Shown here piece by piece: positions 1-11,900 of a stretch of 64,000 nucleotides of DNA (the stretch's first letter is position 1; every line of letters begins with the position of its first letter). This DNA is from Octopus sinensis. Lineage: Eukaryota. The notes beneath the pieces are model-generated. The model did not search any database, was not told the origin of the DNA, and was given only the letters and a program-made list of their open reading frames with translations. The DNA is taken from positions 28,891,360 to 28,955,359 of the forward strand of contig NC_043019.1 of NCBI RefSeq assembly GCF_006345805.1, written 5' to 3'. Position numbers and translations under genes: made by a program.

Positions 1-651
1 GTAAGTAGTAATAAAGATTGAAAACATACCAAAGGCATTTTTAGAGGGAAATTCAAAATGCACAAATGTCTCCAAGACTATTTCAACATGGTTTTCAGTT
101 TATCATTGGCCTGATTATCAATTATTTCTAGAAGCTTCAGGCAGTACATTAAAGGGATATTGAAGCAAGTTAATTTTCGTCTGATAATCAATGGAAGCCC
201 TTGAATCCCTATTGCTTTCCAAATCCCATCTTTGTGAAATTTCGTGCTTTGACACATCTCTTTATTGAGATCAAGGATGTATTAAATTCGTTCGTCACTT
301 CATTAAAAGAGGGGGATCCCACTCAATGCTGGCAGGATATCGATAATGGAGGCATAATTACTCTTTTGAAATCATTGTGTTGTCACACAATCAAACAGAC
401 ATCAATCTATGAAGAAACACAGTTGGAATGGGAAGCCCATAATGACAAAAATAATAATCTTTCTACATGTTTGGAATATTATGTGATCAAATGGGTTTGA
501 ATTCTCTTTTCATGAGTATACATTGGAAATTTTTTACGCGGGGTGCATTTATTTACTTAAAGGGCCATAGGCTTAGCCCCACTTATACCATTTGCATCTA
601 AAATCTAAGCAATTAATTTATGCGTGTGTTGAGCACAGAAAGACACATACA

Positions 652-1025
652 TACACATATGTATATATATATCTATATATATATCTATCTATATATCTAT
701 ATATATATCTATATATATCTATCTATATATATATATATATATATCTATATATATATATCTATCTATATATATCTATCTATATATATATATATATATCTAT
801 ATATATATATATTATATCTATATATATTATATATATATCTATATATCTATATATATATATCTATATATATTATATATATATCTATATATATTATATATAT
901 ATCTATATATTATATATATATATAGATATATATATATATATATATATATATCTATATATATTATATATATATCTATATATTATATATATATAGATATATA
1001 TATATATTATACATATATATATATT

Positions 1026-1063
<38 letters not shown>

Positions 1064-1127
1064 CATTATACATACATATATATATATATATATATATTAT
1101 ACATACTATATATATATATATATACAT

Positions 1128-1166
<39 letters not shown>

Positions 1167-1196
1167 TATACATACATATATATATATATATATATT

Positions 1197-1227
<31 letters not shown>

Positions 1228-1330
1228 CATTATACATACATATATATATATATATACATTATACATACATATATATATATTATATATATACATTATACAT
1301 ACATATATATATATATATATACATACATAT
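652..1330. repeat. Compound (TA)n-rich microsatellite
   Basis: About 680 bp of interrupted TA/TATC/TACA repeats. Confidence 0.95.
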
Positions 1331-1958
1331 ATGTGTGTGTGTGTGTGCATGTTGTCATCATCATTATCATCATCATTCCTCCTTAATGTTCGTTTTCCTT
1401 GCTGGCATGGGTTGGATGGTTTGATCAGAGCTGGCAAGCCGGAGAGCCACACCAAGCTCCAGATTTGGCATGGTGTGTGTATTTGTGTGTGTGTGTGTGT
1501 GTTTGTAAGTATAAATTTGGGATGGAATTGTAAATTTATGCATTGAGAACCACCTTGTGATATGGTGCTTAGTCTTCTTTGCATCTCTTTATGCCCGTTC
1601 AACTTTGCTGTTCTCCCCTTTTGGGGTTGACAGAATAAATAGTAGACAAAGTATGAGATGGGTGGGGGGGGGTGTCAACATACTGTATTTTCTAGCATAC
1701 AAGTTGAATTTGTCAGACTAAAATTTACTGCAAGATGAATTTGGAGGATCAAAAATTCCCTGTGAAATACAGCAGGATTTGGAAAGATAGAGATGATGTT
1801 TGAATGTTTACATTACATATTTACACAATATAGCTATGTTGACTTGTATGCTGGAAAATACTGGATGCAACTATGAGCTAATGAAAGAAACCTCAATAGA
1901 GTCACTAGATTTATTAAAAATTGCAGCTTAATCTCTTTCAAATTTTACCCTTCTGTCT

Positions 1959-1991
<33 letters not shown>

Positions 1992-2153
1992 ATATATATA
2001 TACACACACACACCATATTTTCTAGCATAGAAGTTGTGTTTATAGTCGAAAAAAGTAGGTTGACTTATAACACCAAGATGACTTTGGAGGAATAAAAATT
2101 CCATGTGAAATGCAACACGATTTGGCAAGATAGCAATAATGTTTGGATGTTTA

Positions 2154-2200
<47 letters not shown>

Positions 2201-3789
2201 CACACACATACTATGTCAACTTCTATGCCAGAAAATATGGCAAGCAAAAACAAAAAAAAAAAAAGAAAAATTATAAAGCTTATGTCCCCAGCAAAGTTGC
2301 AGTCCTGTGACTGAAACTCACAAAAGAATAAATAAAAACAATAAATGAACAATAAACAAAAAAGGGTCAAAAGCACAAAGGGGTGACATGAGAAGGGGTG
2401 AAAGGTAACACCAAAGAAGCAAGATATTGGAAAGAAAAAATAAAGAAAAAAAGAAATATTTAGCATGTGAAAGAGTGAAAGATAAAAGGGCAAAAGACAG
2501 GAAAAGAGAACTTCATTTATTTATCTCTAAAATCTCTTTATGTAATGACCAATTAATTAATTAGCATTGTTAGTTAGACTATGTGAGGTTAGCACTAAGC
2601 TTTTAAATTTAGATATTAATGACATTTGGATTATCAGATTATGGCAAATGTTTTAGGGAAGCATTAGTTAGTTCTAATATAGTCGAGCAGCTTAAAGACT
2701 CTCTCTGTCTTACATACATACACACACACACATACAAGCATGTGCACATACGCACACACACACAGGTTGATAGGAATGTTATTTTTATTATTTAGCCTCA
2801 TCCTCACCCCAGGTCAGCCCTGACAGAATAGACATACCTATAAACAAAGGTAATTCCAAACAAGCTAATCATGTCCACCTGACCTGCTAGAAATAACAGC
2901 CAAACCTCTCTTGAAGCAAACTCCCACTATTTTAAACTAAAAAGGACAAATTGAATAATATTCTTTTTACTATAAACACAAGGTTTGAAATGGGGGGTGG
3001 GCAGGCAAGTCGATTGCATCAACCCCAGTGCACAACTGGTATTTATTGTGTCAACCTTGATAAGATGAAAGATAAAGTCAATTTCGGTGGAATTTGAACT
3101 CTGAACATAAAAACAGACGAAATGCCATTAAGCATTTTGTCCCGTGTGCTAACGATTCTTCCAGCTCAGCACCTTTCCAAATTGACCAATAAAAACTTAG
3201 CTATCATGGGGCAGGAGTTGTGGAGAAAAAGGAGTGTTTTTGATCATATAAATGCTCATTCAGAGCTAATCTGGGGTTATAAGACAACAAGGATTAATCC
3301 TGTTCATCTAATCTCCAGATCATAACCGAAGTCAAGAACACAGGTCCTGATATGTTACAGGCAGTTACATCTGTTAAGAAGTCAATCGTTGCTGACGTTG
3401 TTTTGCCCCAGGTTAGCCCTAATCAATTAGACCTATGAGGTGTCTGAGCCAAACTTGACCATTTCAGCTTTTACTCAGACGGTGTATATATAGACATTCA
3501 TTAGCGATGTGTGCTTCCCTTTTTTAAGGCAATGCAGCATGATTTAACAGAAATTTGGTAGCTTTTCTAGCCAGTCAAATGATCATGCAGATTGGTAGTT
3601 CTCAACCGTTTTAAACCTTTGATTTCTGTTTCACTTGGATGGACCCTCATAGCCACTTCATCATCATCATCATCATCGTTTAGCGTCCGCTTTCCATGCT
3701 GGCATGGGTTGGACAGTTCAACTGTGGTCTGGGAAGCCAGAAGGCTGCACCAGGCCCAGTCTGAAAATGCGCAGAGACCAACTTCCGCC

Positions 3790-3996
3790 ACATTCCAGGG
3801 ACAAAAACTAGAAATAGTTGATAGCTTCCGTTATCTAGGTGACCAAGTCAGTAGCGGGGGCGGGTGTGTTGAAAGTGTAACTGCTAGAGTAAGAATAGCC
3901 TGGGCAAAGTTCAGAGAGCTCTTACCTCTGCTAGGGACAAAAGGCCTCTCGCTCAGAGTAAAAGGCAGACTGTATGACGCATGCGTACGAACAGCC
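3790..3996 (+). mobile_element. RTE-clade LINE ORF fragment
   Basis: LEIVDSFRYLGDQVSSGGGCVESVTARVRIAWAKFRELLPLL...KGRLYDACVRT is typical post-RT RTE sequence; abuts an inverted 3'-tail copy at ~3657-3765. Confidence 0.85.
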
Positions 3997-4443
3997 AAAT
4001 CCTATTATTATATTTTTATAATTAAATATTATAAGGAATTATATAAAAAAAAAGTTGTTAAAATATTTTGTGTACTGCAGAAGTATAACCAGTTCATTGC
4101 ACATAAATTTTAACAACAAAATCTTATATGGACCCTGGTTGAGAATCACTGACATAGAGGCTCCTACGTTGGCTCTAAAAAGCTGATAATACATCAAATC
4201 AAGTCACTGCTCCTTGTCTTACAGGGTGCTGTGTATCTGTCATAGAACAGAGCTGTTAGAGAATTGGTACAAAATGTATTGTCTCATATACAGCTTAGAT
4301 GTAACATATCGTCATCTGCCATAGCTGAAACATCATAATCATAACCAGTAGCTTAGATCTAACATGCTGTCTTCTGTCATAGCTGAGATGTTGTCATCAT
4401 CAGTCATAACTGAGATATGATGTTATATTATCTTATGTCATTG

Positions 4444-5221
4444 TTAAGATGTCAGAGTCGAGCTGCTAATGTCATGAGTCATAAGCTGAGATGTCAGAGT
4501 CGAACTGCTAATGTCATGAGTCATAAGCTGAGATGTCAGAGTTGAACTGCTAATGTCATGAGTCATAAGCTGAGATGTCAGAGTTGAACTGCTAATGTCA
4601 TGAGTCATAAGCTGAGATGTCAGAGTCGAACTGCTAATGTCATGAGTCATAAGCTGAGATGTCAGAGTTGAACTGCTAATGTCATGAGTCATAAGCTGAG
4701 ATGTCAGAGTTGAACTGCTAATGTCATGAGTCATAAGCTGAGATGTCAGAGTTGAACTGCTAATGTCATGAGTCATAAGCTGAGATGTCAGAGTCGAACT
4801 GCTAATGTCATGAGTCATAAGCTGAGATGTCATAGTTGAACTGCTAATGTCATGAGTCATAAGCTGAGATGTCAGAGTGGAACTGCTAATGTCATGAGTC
4901 ATAAGCTGAGATGTCATAGTTGAACTGCTAATGTCATGAGTCATAAGCTGAGATGTCAGAGTTGAACTGCTAATGTCATGAGTCATAAGTTGAGATGTCA
5001 TAGTTGAACTGCTAATGTCATGAGTCATAAGCTGAGATGTCAGAGTTGAACTGCTAATGTCATGAGTCATAAGCTGAGATGTCAGAGTCGAACTGCTAAT
5101 GTCATGAGTCATAAGCTGAGACGTCATAGATGAACTGCTAATGTCATGAGTCATAAGTTGAGATGTTATTTTGTCAGTCAGAGTTGACCAGAGGCTGTGG
5201 TTGTATAGGGTGTATCCTTGT
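4444..5221 (-). CDS. Candidate terminal exon encoding (TSQLMTHDISSSTL)x17
   Basis: Acceptor ccttag|A at 5222-5223 puts the 4444..5238 ORF in frame with the phase-2 donor at 5397; TAA stop at 4444-4446. Confidence 0.4.
4447..5166. repeat. 42-bp minisatellite, 17 full units
   Basis: Unit agatgtcagagttgaactgctaatgtcatgagtcataagctg recurs every 42 bp from 4447 to 5160, with few substitutions and no indels. Confidence 0.97.
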
Positions 5222-5397
5222 CTAAGGATGTAGTACAATGGGAATCAACCTGTGAATATTGTGATGGCAAAGCAAAATTCTTATCCCTTTGGCCATTCCT
5301 CTGTCCATCACAACAGTTACAGAACACATACACATGCGCACACACACATGATCATACACATATAAACATACTATCTTTTTTTACTTATGTTCCTTAC

Positions 5398-5616
5398 CGA
5401 CTGGGAGTTTCGTAATTTCTCAATTGTTTATCATCAGGTTCAATCCCTCGGTCTCTCATTGTGTATGTTTTTATAGGGACTGGAGGTGGTTCTTTTTTGC
5501 CTGTTGTTTTGTTGGAAGATGTCCCTTTACCCCTCTTTTCTAATGTAAAATCATCTTTCGTATGATCTATAGAGGAGTTGGACCTGGCTACAACTTTGTT
5601 TTTTCCTTCTTCTTTA
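5398..5616 (-). CDS. TJP1: ZO-1-like exon, C-terminal region
   Basis: ctacag|TAAAG...AGTCG|gtaagg; [15 protein letters not shown]...[34 protein letters not shown](R); phase 2 to 2, 72 open codons. Confidence 0.82.
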
Positions 5617-5943
5617 CTGTAGAAATAGAAGTCATTTTAGCCATGAAAATGACAAATATAATTAGTTGTTAAGGTTTCCTACATTTTTTAACCTCTTCCT
5701 ACATCCTGCTTTCTGCTGAGCCATACCAATTATACAACCATTACGCCCATTAAAATATTTTATGAATTTTGGGGGATAATGTTTTTTTTCTAATTTTCTA
5801 AATGCTAATTAAACTACATCAAAGTCAAATTTGCTTTGCAAATGACTTGATTTGAAATCAATGCTTCCCATGTTTGATGGTTTGCTATGTTGAAATCTAT
5901 AAGACACAATATCCAGTATGCATGTATACATATATACATATAC

Positions 5944-5974
<31 letters not shown>

Positions 5975-8900
5975 GAACTTATTGTATACAATGCTCAGGT
6001 GTACTTGAAACAATACTACATTGTGGAAAAATACCATCTAAAACACACACAACTAAGTACTACCTTGAGTCACCCTAGGACTCATAGAACTGATTACCCA
6101 GTTTCTATGGTGTATAAGTGACAGAGATCACATCATTTCCCCCTGTACAGTACACCAGTCCATCACAGAGTCACTCATTTACAGCTGAGTGGACTGAAAG
6201 CAACGTGAAATGAAGTGTTTTGCAAAAGAACACAATGCACCATCTGGTCTGGGATTTGAACCCTTGTTCTTGCAATCATGAATGCAGAACTCTAACCACT
6301 TTGCTAAAAACATACACACATATCTATGTTTTATTTGTTTTATTTCTTGATAATATTATGTACTGCAAGGTGTGAAATGGCTTTTTATTAATTCTATAAT
6401 CATAGACAAAGCTTCATAAAATCTGTTGGAAATCAGTAACTGACCAGTTTTTAATAAACTAAGTAGGATATCTAGTTATTCCATTAACCCTTTCGTTACC
6501 AACTTGGCTAAAACCGGCTCTGGCTCTGAGGACAAATGTCTTGTTTTCATAACTTTTGAATTAAAATCTTCCACCAAACCTTAGTCACACTTTATGTTCC
6601 TAACACTAGCTTAATGATAACCAAGTTATTTTACTAAATTCTTTGTAATATTTAAAGTAATTGAAAGAAACACAGAGCATCTCAAAATAAATACAGTAAT
6701 GAAAGGGTTAAATCTTCAGTTTGAAAGCCTATTCTTTATTCATATCCAGGTTTTTTGAACAAGTACATAAAGATCGATCTAAGCCTAGACTAACTGGTCA
6801 AGAGCTGATTGCTATAAGATGCAGTACAAATGGCAACCTTGTAGATTTATCAGTGTTGGACAGAATTGGCTCTGTTCAGATCTGGAGAGGGATGTACTCT
6901 ACCAGATTTAACCCTTTTGATACCAGACTGCCTAAGACAAGCCCTGGTCCTATGATACAAACTTCCTGTTTTAAATTATTTAAATCAAAAACTTCTTTCA
7001 AAGTTTCTTGATAATTTATGTTCCAAACACCAGCTTAATGATGAACAGGTTATTTTACTAATTTCTTAATTAGTTTCAAAATTTATTGAAACAACAACAG
7101 TGTCTTTGAACAGAAATATGGTAACAGAAGGGTTAAAATGACCAAGACGTGCCACATGTCACAATGCCCCTCATATCCACATGTCTCTATCAGGAATTGA
7201 GGACCTGCAGAAGGAAGGAACATTTGCAATAGAAGTATGCCTGCAACCTAGCTGTAGACATTCAATAAATTTCTTCTCATAATATGCAATTCCAAAATAA
7301 AACAAAAGTGTGTATAACACTTTATATGTGTGTATATTTTAAATGACTGTCATGACTTTTCTGCAATCTCATAATTAATTTTCTGTTAATCCAATTACAT
7401 TTACTTGTTTTTTAAACTATTCTAGCTATTTCCAATTATCATAGTTGTATGCTTGATATTCAATTCAAAGGTTAAATCAGTTAATACAACATTTTCATGG
7501 AAATATTTAAAGATATTCTTTGATTCCATGTTATAAGCCAATTAAAGGAATTAGAGAAATTGCTATACATACACTTCATTCTCCAAGCCAGTCTCTACTC
7601 ATAAAATTTCCGTTTCTTTAAATTGAACTCTAATTGTGATTTAAGCTCTTTGAAAGTTTGAACCAGTCATGGGTAACCTGTGACCCACAGGACTTTCTGA
7701 AGAGCAGACCTAACTAAAAATCACTTTGATTCTTTTCAGTAGTACGGCTGATCTGATGATGCACCATGTCTCATGTGGCCTGCTTCTTGAAAGAGGTTGC
7801 CCATAGCTAGTCTAAACCTTTCAAAGTCAATTTTCACTTAACTGGCCAATTTGCTTTCCTGTTTTTCTAATTGCTATTGACTAATACAAGTTGCATTGAA
7901 AGTGCTTAAAAATATGGAACCTTAAATTTCCCTAATTTTTTTTCGCCTTCTAAACTTTGATTTCTTCTTACATCGTAATCATTTTTATAGAAAATTTATT
8001 GTTTAAATAACCTTATCCACATAACATAATTAAATTTCCAAAAACGAATAAGTATTTCTTTTTATCTTTTTTTCAAAAATAACAAAAAAGAAGAAAAATG
8101 GGATTAGGTATATATATAGGGAAAAACATGGGGAAAATAAAAGTCTGGAGAATCAGCTGGAGGCAGGAGGGAACAGGAATAACAAAAAAAAAGACATTGT
8201 ATTACAAGTCAGAATTCAATAAAACTAGATTTATCCAGTTTCTTTAACCCTTTAGCATTCAAATTATTCTGTCAAATGTAAAGCTTTATTCACATTGTGC
8301 ATTACCACATAGCTCTGGGATTTCAATGAAATAATTGTTTGTTTTTACAGTGACATTGTAGGGCAGGTGTGAGAGGCCAGATCTGGCTGGTTTGAACACG
8401 AAACAGGTAGAATATTTGGGTTGCATACAATCGGTTTAAATGCTAAAGAGTTAAATGAGTCATTTGCACAATTTGTAGACGATATATACAAAGTAAACAT
8501 TAACGCAAATGAAATAAACAAGATTTTTCCTATGCTTGGATTCTAAATTGCAACAATTAGCAGCAGCAAAAATGAAAAAAAAAAAGCTAAAAATTTAATT
8601 ATCAAATTCTAAAGAATAAGTTTAAGAGACAAAATATGAAACATGTAAAGTAATTTTTTGATTGAGATAGTTTGTTTCCATAGCAAAATACATTATTACA
8701 TAAGGAATACAAAAGTGAATGATATTGTTTAAACTAATTATTTCAAATACTTCAAATTAAAATGAAGAAAAAAAGGATGAAAAAAAAATACAAAGAATAG
8801 ATGTCTTATCAATTATATCTTTAAAATTAGATAAATTCATTAATTTTAAATTAATTTGAAACCTTCAGTTGGATACTTATGAATTGCTTTCATGTTTCAT

Positions 8901-11900
8901 AAAAGGCATTACCAATAAAGGTAACTGTCAACAACATAACAGAAAGAATGGTTACTGCTTGCCGGACACTGGCCTGGAATGCTCAATGTTACTCACTAGC
9001 CAAGACATGGAGAGGATGAACCAGGAATATACTTTTAAAACCATGGTCAAGATCTAGATGAAGAACAGTGGTGTTGTGACCACTGATGAACTCCTAGGCA
9101 ACTAATGACAGAGACTAATGCAAATGTATGCATCACATATATGTAGTAATACAAATCGATTGCATGGCAATATATTTATATAATATGTATAGATTACATA
9201 TCAATAAATATATGTATTATACACAGATTGATTACATATCTCGTGGCCTATGCCAGGGGCATAACCAGCCCACTTATGTGTACCTTTTCCCTCTTTGGAC
9301 ACTAAAACTCTGCTTGCGAAGACCTGCTGAGGCAAGTGAAATCAAAATCAAAATCGATGACTGGTATCTGTGCTAGTAGGGTGCAAGGAGCACCATATGA
9401 GTGTGATCGTTGACAGAGCGGCTAACCGGCTTCCGTGCCAGTGGCACATAAAAGGCACCATTCGAATGTGATCGTTACCAGCATTGCCTTACTGGCACCT
9501 GTGCCGGTGGCATGTGTAAAAGATTTGAGTGAGGTCATTGCCAGTACTGCCTGACTGGCACGTTAAAGCACCCACTACACTCTCAGAGTGGTTGACATTA
9601 GGAAGGGCATCCAGCTGTAGAAACTCTGCCAGATCAAGATTGAAGCCTGGTACAGCCATCTGGTTCAGTCAAATCGTCCAACCCATGCTAGCATGGAAAA
9701 CGGATGTTAAACGATGATGATGATGATATATATTACATATGGATTGTGCCGAAATATTCATGTAATACACATAACTTGAGCTGTCTCTGTCTGTCCATCC
9801 ATCTATCTAAATCACCATAGATCTTCATGCAGCATGCCCCTCTCTCTGTCTTCCCTAGCTTCTTTTTCAGATTATCACCAGATGCTTAAGGTGTCTGAAC
9901 TGAGCCTGGTTACTAGCTTTCTGATGGTCTCTGTTTGAAGAGGATGTGTTGCACCAGTCACTGTGCTACATAAAAGTACAAACTGTAGTCTATAGATAAT
10001 GAGTGCAATGAAAACTGTTACAATGAACTGCACATAACTAGTCCCCTTAAGCCACTTAGTTTTTGAGATGACAGAGAAAAATGCTTCTCTTTCAAATCTA
10101 ATTTAAAACACTCAGTTGAACATGTAATTTTCTTCATGTCTAAAAAAAAAAAAAGGTATTAAAATTAACCCCAGACTCTTAATCCATTAAAGCTATTATC
10201 ATTTTTGTCTTCAAGATAGCAGAGAAAATTAAATGGTTTGGTTCCTTACCGATACTTGGCAGATAGGTCTGATAACTTTGCTTTATCTACATTGATGGTG
10301 CTGACTGGATTTGCTGTGCTGCGAGTGAAGCGATATGGGTCATGCGATGAGGTATTCCGATCAATACGCTTTGCATTAAACAATGAACCAAATTTTTCTT
10401 GAAGCTTGCTGTCATCATGTTTGTTAGCAGGATTAGATGTATACCGACTGTATGAATCACTGCTATATGAAGATGAATCATTGTAAATCTGTAAAAATAA
10501 ATGAAACAAATTAAACCAATTGACCTTGTTTAACCCTTTGCCTATTTAGAACATTTTAAAAGTTTGCCCTAAACATCCATGCTTGTTTTCATACTTTTAG
10601 TTAGCCCTTGTTTCATATGTTCTGAAAAATAATTTCAAATTTTGGCACAAGGCCAGCAAATTTGGGAGAGGGGCTAAGTTGGTTAAATTGACCCCAGTGT
10701 TCAACTGGTACTTATTTTGGTGACACCAAAAGGATAAAAGGCTAAGCATTTTACCCAGCATGCTAACAATTCTGTCACCTTTTATGTTCAGAATAATATA
10801 AAGCTTTCCTTCCCATATAAGTCCAAAGATATTCTGGTTGTTGAAAAAAATTGGGAATGTGCATAATATTCATACATGGACACAAGAAACATGTATATAT
10901 GTCTTTGTATATCGCAGGTGATACACTGGACTGGCAAAAGGTTAAATGGTGAGTTGGCAGAATCAGAATCATCATCAGAGTGTCAGAATATCTTGCAGTA
11001 TTTGTTCTGGCTCCCTGTTTCCCTGAGTTCAAATTCCATCAAGGTCATCTTTGCCGTTTATCTTTCTAAGGTTGATAAATGAACCCTCAATCTACAGTGG
11101 GGGATTGGTGAAATTGTTAGGATGCTGGGTGAGATACTATTGTCACAGGGCTCCATTGTCAGATGGGTTGACATGCTGACTAGAGCAACATGCTGGTCAC
11201 ATCAATTAAAACAAGCAGAGCCTTAACTTCCATTCATTCATGCTCACATGGATCAGAGAGAATTTGTTAAGGCAGATTTTCTATGGCTGGATGCCCTTCC
11301 TGTCATCAACCCTCACCTGTTTCCAAATAAGGTAATATTTTCCCCATGACTAAACATGTTTTCACTTAAGATTGGAAACAAAGGACACCACTTGCATGAC
11401 CCTGAAACTCGTTTACAACTATCACATGAAATCAAGGCAAAGAGAAAGTAACTAACACACACACACACAACAAGCTTCCTTCAGTTCCCATCTACAAAAT
11501 CCATTCACATGGTTTTGCTTGACCTGGGGGCTATAGCAGAAGGCACTTGCCCAAGCTACCATGCAGTGAGACTGAACTCAGAACCATGTGGTTGAGAAGT
11601 GAACCTCATAACCACACAATCATGCCTGTACCTATATAAAAGGAAAATTAAATAAAGAGAACAAAATATCAAAAAGAGTTGAGGAAAGAATAAAGACAGA
11701 AAAAAAAAAAGAATGACAAGAACTTTGTAAATAAGGCAAACCTTTTGATCATGAGATGGACTTTGTTCAGGATGCGACGGTGGTGAGGATGGATTGTGAT
11801 GTGTATGAGGGACACGATCATCTCGTTTCCAATGGTTCTGAGGAAATTCCTGGTATCTACGGCTTGAATAATGATCTAGAAATGAAAATTGAATTTTTGT

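Noticed and set aside
201-500. 99-aa plus-strand ORF with a faint pogo/Tigger DDE-like look (QDIDNGGIITLLK)
   Set aside because: Similarity too weak to support by eye; needs an HMM search. I found no ZU5-like exon on the minus strand here.
592-1602. I/Y-rich ORFs
   Set aside because: Translations of (TA)n microsatellite, which lacks stops in some frames. The same applies to 35796-36712, 45387-45658, 57844-58059, 59225-59509 and 61712-62212.
4447-5166. CRISPR-like regular array
   Set aside because: No unique spacers, and eukaryotic context; it is a tandem minisatellite.
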